A stretch of 64,000 bases of DNA from Candidatus Moraniibacteriota bacterium (GCA_026396175.1 JAPLXG010000013.1:65267-129266); one strand, 5' to 3'. Shown: positions 39,340 to 49,427, counted from the first letter of the stretch. Numbers and translations: made by a program. Notes: generated from the sequence alone by a model not told the origin.

Positions 39340-40365
39340 ATGAATAATTTTTGGTCAAAAATACCACGCCCAATCCTCGCCCTCGCTCCAATGGCCGGAA
39401 TTACCGACAGTGCTTTTCGGCAGATTTGCCGCAAGCACGGCGCTGATGTGACCTATTCCGAAATGGCGAGCGTGAGCGCGCTGTTTTATAAACCCGCCAA
39501 AACTCTGGAATTAGTGCGATTTAATAAAAAAGAACGACCCTATGTCGTGCAATTGTTTGGCAATAAGCCGGAGCATTTTGCTGTGGCCACGAAGATTATT
39601 ACAGAAAAAGTAAAGCCTGACGGGATTGATATTAACTTCGGCTGTCCGGCCAAGAAAGTTTTCAAACACGGCTCTGGTTGCGCGCTCATGCCGCAAATCG
39701 AACTGGCGCGTGAAATTATTTCGGCCGTTTGTGATAATACCAAACTTCCTGTGTCTATAAAAATTCGAGCAGGCGTTTCCGAGAGCTCAGCTCTCGGTTC
39801 TCCGAGAGCTGAGCTCTCGGATGCTAGAAATATATCCGCCCTAGAATTCATCGAAAAAACCAAAGACCTTCCCTACTCGGCTGTGATGGTGCACGGCCGC
39901 ACCTACGAAGGCGGATTTTCCGGCAATGTCGACTGGGAAATAATTTCGCAGATCAAGAAAATTATTCCCGAAAAAATCGTCCTGGGCAACGGCGGAATCA
40001 CCACGCCTGAAGGCGCTTTGGAAATTTTGCAAAAATACCCCAACATCGACGGCCTCGGCATCGCCCGCGGCGCGTGGGGTAAGCCCTATCTTTTTGAACA
40101 AATTAAAAAATACGCCCATACCGTAGGGGCGGTTCATGAACCGCCCCTACAAAAACAACCACCCCTACCGCCGGATTTTTCCAAAATAAAAAAAATAATG
40201 ATCGACCACGCCGAACTGATTTTCAAAGATAAAAAATCTTTCGGTCTTTTTGAAATCAGAAAACACCTCGTCTGGTACATTAAAGGTTTTCCCGGCGCCG
40301 CGGAACTGCGCCAAAAATTAGTGAGAGCTGAAAGTGTCGAAGAAATCAAGGAAATATTGAAATAA
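39340..40365 (+). CDS. tRNA-dihydrouridine synthase (DusB-like)
   Basis: LAPMAGITD, QLFG, DINFGCP, VKIR-like, HGRT, NGGI. Confidence 0.93.
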   Translation: MNNFWSKIPRPILALAPMAGITDSAFRQICRKHGADVTYSEMASVSALFYKPAKTLELVRFNKKERPYVVQLFGNKPEHFAVATKIITEKVKPDGIDINFGCPAKKVFKHGSGCALMPQIELAREIISAVCDNTKLPVSIKIRAGVSESSALGSPRAELSDARNISALEFIEKTKDLPYSAVMVHGRTYEGGFSGNVDWEIISQIKKIIPEKIVLGNGGITTPEGALEILQKYPNIDGLGIARGAWGKPYLFEQIKKYAHTVGAVHEPPLQKQPPLPPDFSKIKKIMIDHAELIFKDKKSFGLFEIRKHLVWYIKGFPGAAELRQKLVRAESVEEIKEILK

Positions 40366-40440
40366 AAAACAGGAGCAACAATCATTTTCGGTTTTTACCA
40401 AAAACAAACATCGCTCCCTTGTTTTGCCCCGCACCCAAGC

Positions 40441-40944
40441 TTAGACGAAATCCTCCCAATAACTTCCCTGTCTCCGAATATAATCAATCACAACCTGGGG
40501 AGGTTGCGGGCAATCCAATCCACGCCCCTCTCGATACATTACTTCGTCAGCAATTGCAATGAGTTGTTCTTTGGGCTCCAGTTTTTTAATCCTCTCGAGC
40601 ACTGGCGCGCCAAAAAAATCAATTTTTTTAGCATAATCCATCAATTCATCCGAAAGATTTCTAATCGGTTGATTGATTGCCGGCGGAGTTTGAATACCAT
40701 CGACTTCCCCGCAATATTTATTGTATTCCTCCGGAGAAAATCTTTCGCCCGTAAAAACGACCGAATCCCCATTCATAAACCGAAGAATGATTTGCTGATG
40801 AGGTCCGCAAGGTATGGAACGACAACTAGCAAGCATTCCGTCACCTGCAGTTTTGATTATTAACTCCACTTTTTCTGCCATAAACTTTTCCTCCTTTTCG
40901 CTTGTCATTTGTCCAATAGTAGCGACTAGATAGATCTTTATCAC
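40441..40944 (-). CDS. Hypothetical protein
   Basis: ORF overlapping the upstream ORF (GTGA); no motif. Confidence 0.55.
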   Translation of the reverse strand: MIKIYLVATIGQMTSEKEEKFMAEKVELIIKTAGDGMLASCRSIPCGPHQQIILRFMNGDSVVFTGERFSPEEYNKYCGEVDGIQTPPAINQPIRNLSDELMDYAKKIDFFGAPVLERIKKLEPKEQLIAIADEVMYREGRGLDCPQPPQVVIDYIRRQGSYWEDFV

Positions 40945-41222
40945 GGAAGCCGTATCCCCAGATGTCGATACTCTCGATAGACAAGCTCAACAACTTGCTT
41001 GCACTCTTCAATATTAGTGGAACAAAGATGTTTCATCTTATCTCTCCGCGCACAATGAAGTTCCCTCCATTTTTCCAAAAAAACTTCAGCTTCCTTGGTT
41101 TTGAGCTTTTTTATTTTTTTTACAATTCTCCCGGTAGCTTTTTTATTTAGAACTTCTATAAGCGCAATCATATATCTAAACACTGCGCGATCGGGCAATG
41201 GCCACTCTCTTGATTTTGCCAT
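40941..41222 (-). CDS. Small hypothetical protein
   Basis: AAGGAG SD upstream of ATG. Confidence 0.6.
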   Translation of the reverse strand: MAKSREWPLPDRAVFRYMIALIEVLNKKATGRIVKKIKKLKTKEAEVFLEKWRELHCARRDKMKHLCSTNIEECKQVVELVYREYRHLGIRLP

Positions 41223-41368
41223 AAAAATACTCCTTTCAGCCCAGATTTGGACTTATTCCTCTATTGTTAAAGAAAAGTTCATTGTTTCTCCTTGTGCACA
41301 ATCATTGCATAAACTGGGCAAAAGTGCAAGTTGCCGACTTTCTTTCCTCCTGCTAGAATAGATTAGCT

Positions 41369-42730
41369 ATGGCTACGACTGAAACTAAAGACCTCAAATT
41401 ACCACCCCAAAACATCGACGCGGAAAAATCCGTGCTCGGTGCTTTAATGTTGGATAAAGATGCCATTATCCGTGTGGCCAATCTCATCCGCCAGGGTGAT
41501 TTCTATAAAGACATCCACAACCTCATTTATGAAACGATGCTTGACCTCTATGAAAAACGTGAGCCAATTGATGTACTCAGTCTTTCCAATCGCTTGGAAG
41601 AAAAAGGCCAGCTTGATGCGATTGGCGGATCAAGTTATCTCGCGACACTCGTCAACACTGTTCCATCCAGTTCCAATGTTTCGCATTATGCGAAAGTCGT
41701 TCAGAAAAAATCCACCTTGCGAAAATTAATCGAAACGGCCAGTGAAATTGTCGAACTCGGTTATCACGAAGAAGAAGACGTGGACAAACTGCTTGATGAA
41801 GCGGAGCAAAAATTATTCGCTGTTTCGCAAAAATATATCAAACAAGATTTCGTGCCAATCCGCTCGATTTTGGAAGCGGCTTTCAATCGCATCGATGAAC
41901 TGCACAAGGGCGATCATCAATTGCGCGGAATCCCCACTGGCTACACTGATCTCAATAACATCCTCGCCGGTTTCCAAAAATCCGACCTCATTATTCTCGC
42001 CGCCAGGCCAAGTATCGGAAAAACAACACTAGCCTTGGATTTTGCCCGCAAGATTGCCATCAAAGAAAAAATTCCGGTGGGAATCTTTTCTTTGGAAATG
42101 GGCTCTGATCAGTTGATCGATAGGATGCTCGCCGCCGAGTCTGGCGTTGATTTGTGGCGTTTGCGCACCGGCCGACTAAAAACAGAAGAGGGCGATAATG
42201 ACTTTCAAAAAATCGGCGAAGCAATGGGAGTCCTTTCCGAAGCCCCAATTTTCATTGATGACGCCGGCTCGGCTAATATTATGGAGATTCGCACGATGGC
42301 ACGACGGCTGCAAATGGAACATAATGTCGGCCTCATCATTATCGACTATTTGCAACTAATGGAAGGCCGCTCAACCGGCGGTGATAACCGCGTCAATGAA
42401 ATTTCCGAAATTTCAAGATCCCTAAAACAACTGGCTCGTGAACTAAATATTCCTGTCATTGCCCTTTCCCAGCTTTCGCGTAACGTGGAATCCCGCAGCC
42501 CACAAATCCCAAAACTCTCCGACCTGCGTGAATCCGGTTCGATCGAGCAAGACGCTGACATCGTGATGTTCCTCTATCGTGAAGACCGCGAAAAACCGGA
42601 CACGCCAAACAAAAATATCGTCGAAGTCCACATCGCCAAACATAGAAACGGCCCAGTCGGAAAAATGTCCCTCTACTTCGACGAAGCCTCGACAACGTTT
42701 AAGTCACTAGAGAGAGTGCACACGGAATGA
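41369..42730 (+). CDS. dnaB: Replicative helicase DnaB
   Basis: AARPSIGKT, IDYLQLM, LSQLSR, DLRESGSIEQDAD, KHRNGP. Confidence 0.98.
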   Translation: MATTETKDLKLPPQNIDAEKSVLGALMLDKDAIIRVANLIRQGDFYKDIHNLIYETMLDLYEKREPIDVLSLSNRLEEKGQLDAIGGSSYLATLVNTVPSSSNVSHYAKVVQKKSTLRKLIETASEIVELGYHEEEDVDKLLDEAEQKLFAVSQKYIKQDFVPIRSILEAAFNRIDELHKGDHQLRGIPTGYTDLNNILAGFQKSDLIILAARPSIGKTTLALDFARKIAIKEKIPVGIFSLEMGSDQLIDRMLAAESGVDLWRLRTGRLKTEEGDNDFQKIGEAMGVLSEAPIFIDDAGSANIMEIRTMARRLQMEHNVGLIIIDYLQLMEGRSTGGDNRVNEISEISRSLKQLARELNIPVIALSQLSRNVESRSPQIPKLSDLRESGSIEQDADIVMFLYREDREKPDTPNKNIVEVHIAKHRNGPVGKMSLYFDEASTTFKSLERVHTE

Positions 42731-42857
42731 AATTTCTAATTTTAAATTTCTAATTTCTAAACAATTCTCAATTTTTTAATGATATAATTTTCTAAACTAA
42801 TTTAAAATTTAGTAATTGGAAATTGTTTGAAAATTGAAAATTAGAAATTGAAAATTT
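42730..42857. repeat. Gene-less AT-rich heptamer inverted-repeat element
   Basis: (aatttct/aattttt)n left arm and (gaaaatt/agaaatt)n right arm filling the dnaB-recR gap. Confidence 0.75.
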
Positions 42858-42864
42858 ACCCAAA

Positions 42865-43458
42865 ATGTATCCCAAAAGCTTCAAAAAACTCATCGATAAC
42901 TTCGCCGCTCTGCCTTCTGTCGGTCCCAAAATGGCCGAGCGTTTGGTGTTATTTTTATTCAAGGCCGACAATGAAAAATTGTCTGATTTTGCGAGAAGTC
43001 TCGAAGATTTCAAAAAAAATCTCAGGCATTGTAAAAAATGTTGGAACATCAGCGAAGAAGAATTTTGCCAAATTTGCAAAGATAGCTCGCGCGACCAAAA
43101 AACTATCTGCGTCGTGGAAGATACGCTCGATGTTTTTGCGATTGAAAAAACCAAAAAATATACCGGACTCTACCACGTTCTCGGCGGAGTCTTGAGTCCA
43201 CAAAAAACCGTCGGCTCGGAAAATTTGCATTTTAAGGATTTAGATAATAGGATAGAAAAAGAAGGCATTTTGGAAGTTATATTGGCAATGAACCCCACCA
43301 CCGAGGGAGACGCCACAGCTCTTTATATTAATAGAACACTCAAAGACAAGGGTGTAAAAATCACCCGCCTCGCCCGTGGCCTCGCCACTGGCGCCGATAT
43401 TGAACACGCAGACGAGCTGACACTTAGCTCATCGCTTGCCAATAGGAGAGAAGTTTAA
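42865..43458 (+). CDS. recR: Recombination mediator RecR
   Basis: LPSVGPKMAER, C4 zinc finger, ICVVE, YHVLGG, TOPRIM EGDATA. Confidence 0.96.
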   Translation: MYPKSFKKLIDNFAALPSVGPKMAERLVLFLFKADNEKLSDFARSLEDFKKNLRHCKKCWNISEEEFCQICKDSSRDQKTICVVEDTLDVFAIEKTKKYTGLYHVLGGVLSPQKTVGSENLHFKDLDNRIEKEGILEVILAMNPTTEGDATALYINRTLKDKGVKITRLARGLATGADIEHADELTLSSSLANRREV

Positions 43459-43487
43459 AACTCAAACACACAGGAAAGGAGGCCGTT

Positions 43488-43664
43488 ATGTCAAAAGGAG
43501 GAATTGAAAACAGAAGAACAGGTCCAGACGAAATTGCTTTTGAAGCTTGGCAAAGATGGGCCGAAAATGATCCTCAGTGTGAGCTTCTCAGGAGAAAACA
43601 TGCGGAAGAAGAAGCTCGGAAAAATCCAGACCAGACTGATTGGATTAGAAACCAATCCCAATAA
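43488..43664 (+). CDS. Small 58-aa protein absent from the ORF track
   Basis: AAGGAGG SD, ATG 43488, MSKGGIENRRTGPDEIAFEAWQRWAE...NQSQ*, hairpin at 43685-43711. Confidence 0.55.
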   Translation: MSKGGIENRRTGPDEIAFEAWQRWAENDPQCELLRRKHAEEEARKNPDQTDWIRNQSQ

Positions 43665-43758
43665 CGGCCAACGAGCCACAAAAAAGCCCGACAGGAAATA
43701 TCCTGCCGGGCTCGAATTTTTTTTAAGAACATTTTTGTCATTCCAGTAAAATCTATAT

Positions 43759-43910
43759 CCCCTTCTCCATTAGGGAGAAGCCTGCCTGCCGGTAGGCAGG
43801 GTGGCCCCGCCGTGGCGGGGATGAGGGAGAAGAGGTATTGAAAGACTATTCCGTAGCCTCACCTGTCACGACGTAACGTCGGGACATCCTCTCCCTAAGT
43901 ACGAGAAGAA
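43759..43910. repeat. CCCTCTCCC/GGGAGAGG-type palindromic element, copy 1
   Basis: Arms ...gatgaggg / cctcacctgtc...catcctctccc; homologous to 53709-53950. Confidence 0.7.
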
Positions 43911-43991
43911 TATTAAGCCACAAAAAACCCGAACCATTCCAGTCCGGGATTTTTTTATTCAAACAATACCAGATACTTTATACTAAATACC

Positions 43992-44300
43992 TTATACTAT
44001 CTTGCTGATTTCCACTTCCGTAAAAATTTGGCGATGTCCGAATTTCACCTTATATCTTTTCTTGGCTTTGAATTTGATACCAGTCACTTTGTCGCCTTGC
44101 TCGGTGCGAAGAATTTTGCCTTCCACTTTCGCTTCAGTGAGAAACGGCGTGCCGACTTTGATGGCTTTTTCATCGCCCACAAAAAGCACTTCCGGAAAGA
44201 CGATTGTGCTTCCAACCGCGTCTTCCAGTTTTTCAACCTTGATTTTGTCCCCGACTTTGACCTTGTATTGCTTGCCGCCGGTTTTGATAATTGCCAACAT
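43992..44300 (-). CDS. rplU: 50S ribosomal protein L21
   Basis: AIIKTGGKQYKV, GHRQ. Confidence 0.97.
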   Translation of the reverse strand: MLAIIKTGGKQYKVKVGDKIKVEKLEDAVGSTIVFPEVLFVGDEKAIKVGTPFLTEAKVEGKILRTEQGDKVTGIKFKAKKRYKVKFGHRQIFTEVEISKIV

Positions 44301-44453
44301 AATAGTAAATTCGCTATCTAATTAAAAAGCTTTAACTTAGCCATTGTACCGTACTTTTTAGCTCCTGTCAACCCCGTAAAATCGCTACGCTCACACGGGG
44401 CAGGCCCCAGTCCAAAAGCTAGTTCGCCTTGGACAAAAAACATACTGAAATCC

Positions 44454-45185
44454 CTAAATTTCTGGCCTGTCGATGCCGATGCTTACAAGGAGCTCCAGCT
44501 GCTCCGGGCCTTCAATTTCGCGGTATTCCCGCGTTTTCAGGCCGCCAAGGTGTATATTCATGATCCGCACACGCTTGAGCTCAGTGACGTGTCTTTCTAA
44601 TTTTTCACACATCCTTCGGATTTGTCTTTTCTTGCCTTCCGTGAGCACAATGGAAAAAGCTAACTCATTGATTTTTTTCACTTCGCAGTTTCTAGTCCGA
44701 TATCCATCATCCAAGACGACTCCCTCAGTCATATTTTTCAAAAACCCCGGACTAATCGTACGATCAACTTTAACTACATATTCTTTTTCGTGATAGTGAT
44801 CGGGATTAAGCAGGCGATCCGTCACCCGACCATCATTAGTAAGCAGAATTAGTCCGTGCGAATCTTTGTCGAGCCTTCCTACCGGAAAAACTTTTTGCGA
44901 ATAGTTGAAAATATCCTCAATGCTTCTCTCGCCTTTTTGCGGACTGTGCGTTACAATGCCTGCCGGTTTATTGTAGGCTAAATAGACCAACTTTTTGTTG
45001 CGCCGAATATCTTTGTCAATCGTCACCTCATCAGTTTCATTAACTTTAGCACCAAGCACGGCCACATTGCCATTGATTTTTACCCGACCGGATTTGATGA
45101 TTTCATCCGCCGCTCGGCGCGTGCAAAAATTATTGTAAGCCAGATACTTATTGATCCTGATGGGAAAAATTATTTCTTTTTTCAT
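44454..45185 (-). CDS. RsuA/RluF-family pseudouridine synthase
   Basis: S4 domain, GRLDKDS.GL.LLTNDG, EGKKRQIRRM. Confidence 0.93.
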   Translation of the reverse strand: MKKEIIFPIRINKYLAYNNFCTRRAADEIIKSGRVKINGNVAVLGAKVNETDEVTIDKDIRRNKKLVYLAYNKPAGIVTHSPQKGERSIEDIFNYSQKVFPVGRLDKDSHGLILLTNDGRVTDRLLNPDHYHEKEYVVKVDRTISPGFLKNMTEGVVLDDGYRTRNCEVKKINELAFSIVLTEGKKRQIRRMCEKLERHVTELKRVRIMNIHLGGLKTREYREIEGPEQLELLVSIGIDRPEI

Positions 45186-45200
45186 TTAATTTGAAGTTAC

Positions 45201-45428
45201 CAGACTTTTAAATTTAAAATGTCATCCTGAGCAAAGTCCGTACTCGGACGAAGCCGACCGCGTGCCGCCTTAGCTTTAGCGGTGGAGCAAGGATCTGCCA
45301 TCCACTACCGCAAGTTTTCTGTAATATAGTAAAACTTACGACAACCTATAGCAGATTCTTCGACTCCGCTGCGCTACGCTCAGAATGACAAGAGTTGTTT
45401 ATTTTTTCATGCAAATGCGTAAGTTTTA
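45201..45428. mobile_element. Nested palindromic MITE-like element, copy 3 (degenerate)
   Basis: gtcatcctgagc ... gctcagaatgac ... atgcgtaagt. Confidence 0.7.
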
Positions 45429-45430
45429 TT

Positions 45431-46267
45431 CTAGCACATTTCTTTTATCTTGTCCACCACTTCATCAATCAAAAACTGCGCGGTGGAGGCACCGGCGGCT
45501 ACGCCAACTTTTTGAACATTTTCAAACCATTCCGGTTGCAGCTCTCCGGCAGTTTCAATGTGTTTGGTCGGCGTTTTCTGCGCTTCGCTCAGTTGCACCA
45601 ATTTTCCCGTATTACTAGAATTTTTTCCCCCAATCACAATCATCAAGTCAACCTCTTTTGCTAGAGCAGAAACCTCTGCCTGCTTGGTCGAACTATCAAG
45701 ACAAATCGTGTTTTCCACGGCTAGCTTTTTTGTTTTCTTTGAAAGTTCCGCCACGACATTATCCAACAACTCTTTTTTTTGGGTCGTCTGGCTCAAAACG
45801 CCGACCGTGCCTTTGAAATTCAAGTTTTTGACTTCGTTGGCATTATGGATTATTTTTGCGGAATTTCCAGCCCACGCGTTAATCCCAACCACTTCCGCGT
45901 GCGCAGGATCTCCGCAAATAACAACGTCACATCCATCATCATAAAATTTTTTCGCGACAAGTTGCGCGCGTCGCACAAACGGACAAGTGGCGTCCAAAAT
46001 TTCCCCGCCTCGCGCGACAATCTCTTCCACAATGCCCGGATCAATCCCATGACTACGCACAAGAAAAACACTTCCCGCCGGAATTTCCGCCGAATCCCTG
46101 ACTGTCACAAGACCTTTTTGCTCCAGTTTTTCAATCACCTGCTGATTGTGAATGAGGGAACCCAGACAATAGACCCTGTGTCCACCCTCCAGCGCTTTTT
46201 CCGCCATATCCACGGCTCGCCTGACTCCGAAGCAAAATCCAGCGTGTCGTGCAATTTTTATTTCCAT
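45431..46267 (-). CDS. ispH: 4-hydroxy-3-methylbut-2-enyl diphosphate reductase
   Basis: GFCFGVRRA, IHN, SHG, DATCPFV, HAEV, QTT, TIC, SSNT, GAST. Confidence 0.93.
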   Translation of the reverse strand: MEIKIARHAGFCFGVRRAVDMAEKALEGGHRVYCLGSLIHNQQVIEKLEQKGLVTVRDSAEIPAGSVFLVRSHGIDPGIVEEIVARGGEILDATCPFVRRAQLVAKKFYDDGCDVVICGDPAHAEVVGINAWAGNSAKIIHNANEVKNLNFKGTVGVLSQTTQKKELLDNVVAELSKKTKKLAVENTICLDSSTKQAEVSALAKEVDLMIVIGGKNSSNTGKLVQLSEAQKTPTKHIETAGELQPEWFENVQKVGVAAGASTAQFLIDEVVDKIKEMC

Positions 46268-46319
46268 AGTTATTCGCTTCGCGAACCGGCATTACGAATG
46301 CCGGACATGCGAATTATTA
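46268..46319. repeat. ~52-bp structured repeat, copy 2
   Basis: Homologous to 5647-5698. Confidence 0.75.
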
Positions 46320-46342
46320 GCATGCTGGTATTCCCGCGCAAA

Positions 46343-46396
46343 GTTCCGAGGCTAGGACTCGAACCTAGATTAACAGAGTCAGAGTCTGTTGTCCTA
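46343..46396 (-). pseudogene. 3' fragment of a second tRNA-Gln(CUG)
   Basis: ACAGA-CTCTGAC-TCTGT anticodon arm, CTAGG-TTCGAGT-CCTAG T arm; 5' acceptor strand and D arm missing. Confidence 0.7.
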
Positions 46397-46422
46397 TTCA
46401 TCCCGCACCATTTTTTAATCTG

Positions 46423-46494
46423 TTGGGTCGGTAGGATTCGAACCTACGCATGATGGGATCAGAACCCATTGCCTTACCGCTTGGCTACGACCCA
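46423..46494 (-). tRNA. tRNA-Gln(CUG)
   Basis: TGGGTCGTAGCCAAGCGGTAAGGCAATGGGTTCTGATCCCATCATGCGTAGGTTCGAATCCTACCGACCCA. Confidence 0.92.
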
Positions 46495-46560
46495 GTTTGT
46501 TTTTAAAAAATGGTGCGGGACAAATTAGACGATCTCGGAACTTTAAGCGGGATAAACGCC

Positions 46561-46633
46561 ACCCATTGCCCTACCGGCTCCGCCTGCCTACCCTGCCTAC
46601 CGGCAGGCAGGCGGCAGGCAGAGCTACGACCCA
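46561..46633 (-). pseudogene. 5' fragment of tRNA-Gln with nested palindromes in the D loop
   Basis: acccattgccctacc...gctacgaccca matches the tRNA; interrupted by cctgccta[ccctgcctaccggcaggcagg]cggcagg. Confidence 0.7.
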
Positions 46634-46725
46634 ATATGACTTCTAAATCATATTACAAAACACTCGCTTTGGCAAAAAAATTCAGGCCGGAGAGGCCTGA
46701 ATTCTAAGACTTATCAAAAATTTGC

Positions 46726-47949
46726 CTATTTACCCATTTTGCGCCGGATGAAGGCTGGGATTTCCAATTCATCGTCGTCATCTTCATCACTCAGCTCTTT
46801 ATCTTTTTGAATGAAAGCCGAGGTTCTTTGAATTTTTGGTGGAACTTTTTCTTCAATAATCATTTTCGGTTCATCTCTCACTGAAAAAGTATTACTAAAA
46901 TCTTCTTCCGGTTCATCGACAGAGATTTCCGGTTCTACTAATTTATTTCTCGTCAATCTTTCCATTGGAGACATCCGCGCCTCACTGACTCTTTCTTCAT
47001 CAAAGCCAGTCGCCACAACCGTAATTTGCACTTCGCCTTTTTTGAGCGTCTCATCCACAACAGCTCCAAAAATCACTTTCGCATTCGGATCAATCGCTTC
47101 CGTGATGATGTTGGCTGCTTCATTGATTTCAAGCATTGTGAGATCAGACGATCCGGAAACATTAAATAGCACGCCCTTCGCTCCATCGATGGAAAGTTCC
47201 AAAAGCGGACTGTTGATAGCGGCCTTGGCGGCTTCGGCGGCGCGATTTTCTCCCGTGCCGATTCCAATTCCCATCAGAGCTGAACCACTATTACTCATAA
47301 TCGCTCGCACATCAGCAAAGTCAACATTAACAATACCCGGCTTCGTGATTAAATCAGAAATTCCTTGCACGCCTTGCCTAAGCACGTCATCCACAATTTT
47401 GAAAGAATTTATGAGCGTCGTTTTTTTATCAATAATTTGCAAAAGTTTATCATTAGGAATCGTGATCAAAGTATCCACGCGTTCGCGCAAATTCGCCAAA
47501 CCTTCTTCGGCAATCGCGCGTCTTTGGGCGCCTTCAAAACTGAAAGGTTTTGTGACCACCGCCACAGTCAAAGCTCCCAGTTCTTTGGCCGCTTCTGCCA
47601 CAATCGGAGCAGCGCCTGTTCCGGTTCCACCACCCAACCCGCAAGTTACAAAAACCATATCAGCCCCTTTCAATACCTCTTGAATTTCGTCCCGATTTTC
47701 TTCCGCTGCTTGACGTCCGATATCCGGATTCATTCCCGCACCAAGACCTTTGGTTAAGTTTTTTCCGATGTGCACTTTTTCCGCTGCTTTATTGTGATGC
47801 AAATCTTGCGCGTCTGTGTTAACTGCCACAAATTCCACGCCTTTAATTTTCGTTTCGATCATGCGACTGATTCCATGTCCTCCTGATCCGCCGACACCAA
47901 CAACGATGATGCGCGCAAAAGTTTCTACTGGTGGTTTTATTTCTGCCAT
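46726..47949 (-). CDS. ftsZ: Cell division protein FtsZ
   Basis: GGGTGTG, NVDFADV, C-terminal LEIPAFIR. Confidence 0.98.
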   Translation of the reverse strand: MAEIKPPVETFARIIVVGVGGSGGHGISRMIETKIKGVEFVAVNTDAQDLHHNKAAEKVHIGKNLTKGLGAGMNPDIGRQAAEENRDEIQEVLKGADMVFVTCGLGGGTGTGAAPIVAEAAKELGALTVAVVTKPFSFEGAQRRAIAEEGLANLRERVDTLITIPNDKLLQIIDKKTTLINSFKIVDDVLRQGVQGISDLITKPGIVNVDFADVRAIMSNSGSALMGIGIGTGENRAAEAAKAAINSPLLELSIDGAKGVLFNVSGSSDLTMLEINEAANIITEAIDPNAKVIFGAVVDETLKKGEVQITVVATGFDEERVSEARMSPMERLTRNKLVEPEISVDEPEEDFSNTFSVRDEPKMIIEEKVPPKIQRTSAFIQKDKELSDEDDDDELEIPAFIRRKMGK

Positions 47950-48161
47950 ATATTTTTTAGGGATTAATAGAAAAATTTAAATAAACAAAAACAGAGATTT
48001 ATGAAAATCTATTCTTAAGGTTTTGTTTTTTATTTTGGTTTTACTGGCTACCAATCGGCATCGGCATTCAGCCTCTTTTTCATTAGTTAAATCTAGCATA
48101 ATAGGACAATGAATGTCAAACAGAGAATTAAAAACTCCTGAAAGTAGCTTTTATGGCTATT

Positions 48162-49427
48162 TTAAGGCAAAAATTTCCCGAACCACTTCTTCATTCCATC
48201 CATCTTTCCGCCCATTTCTGAAATTACGCCACCAACCATCTTATTCCCAAAACCGCTTCCGCCTCTTTTCTGGCCCTGATTCTCCTCCTGTCCCCATAGA
48301 ACTAAACCAATCACTGTGGCAAAAGCTGGATCATCAATTTTGTCGACGAGTCCCCCTAGCGGAACAGGAAAACCGGTTTGCGAGGGAAGCGCTAAAATAT
48401 TTTTTGCCAAATCCACGCAACCCGGTAGTTTTGCTGTGCCACCGGTAATCACTGCTCCGGCCGGAAGCAAACGTTCTTTCCCAATCAGTTTCAATTCCTT
48501 GTTTACCATCGTAAAAATTTCTTCCAAACGCGCCTCAATTATTTCCGCCACGTGATGGCGAGAAACAATCCCTTCTTCGCTCGAATCTAACTGAGACAGA
48601 TCAATATTTTCTTTTTTATTAATTTCTTTCGGACTGGCATTGCCAAATTCCAACTTAACTTTTTCCGCCACATCAATCGAAGTGCGTAGCCCGATGGCGA
48701 TATCGTTCGTTATATGGTTCCCCCCGATCGGAATCACCGAGACGCGCAACAAATCATTTTCTTCAAATACTGCCACTGAGGTTGAACCGCCACCAATGTC
48801 GACAAGCACGACGCCGAGTTCTTTTTGCCGCTTGGAAAGCACTGCTTTGGCCGCCGCGAGAGGTGAAAGCACAAAACTTTCCGCCGCAACGCCAGATTCT
48901 TCAATGCATTTATTCAGATTTTTGATGTGTGGAGTTGAGCCTTCGATAATCATCGCATCGACTTCCAGACGCACGCCGCTCATCCCTAATGGATCGCGGA
49001 TGCTTTTTTGATCGTCCAGGGAATAGCTTTTAGGAATAATATGGATGATCTCCTTGTTGGCGGGAATGGAAATGGCTTGAGCGGCGTTAATCACGCGAGA
49101 AATGTCATCTAGCACAACCTCACCATCCGCCCGACCGACCGCGATCACGCCCTTGGAATATTGCGAAGAAATGTGATTGCCGCCGATGCCAGAAATCACA
49201 TATTTGACTTCCACGCCAGCAGTTCTTTCGGCTAGAGCAATGGACTCATTGATTGATTTGATAATTTCCTCCAAATCAACAATAATTCCGCGTCTCACGC
49301 CAAAAGATGGAGCCATTCCCACGCCAATCACTCGCAAATTTTCATCAGAGGGAATAATCTGCGCAATCACCGTTCGAACATATGAGGAGCCAATATCTAA
49401 GCCCACGATAATCTCTTTTTTAGCCAT
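48162..49427 (-). CDS. ftsA: Cell division protein FtsA
   Basis: GLDIGSS, P.GMSGVRLE, DIGGG, ITGG; upstream of ftsZ. Confidence 0.97.
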   Translation of the reverse strand: MAKKEIIVGLDIGSSYVRTVIAQIIPSDENLRVIGVGMAPSFGVRRGIIVDLEEIIKSINESIALAERTAGVEVKYVISGIGGNHISSQYSKGVIAVGRADGEVVLDDISRVINAAQAISIPANKEIIHIIPKSYSLDDQKSIRDPLGMSGVRLEVDAMIIEGSTPHIKNLNKCIEESGVAAESFVLSPLAAAKAVLSKRQKELGVVLVDIGGGSTSVAVFEENDLLRVSVIPIGGNHITNDIAIGLRTSIDVAEKVKLEFGNASPKEINKKENIDLSQLDSSEEGIVSRHHVAEIIEARLEEIFTMVNKELKLIGKERLLPAGAVITGGTAKLPGCVDLAKNILALPSQTGFPVPLGGLVDKIDDPAFATVIGLVLWGQEENQGQKRGGSGFGNKMVGGVISEMGGKMDGMKKWFGKFLP

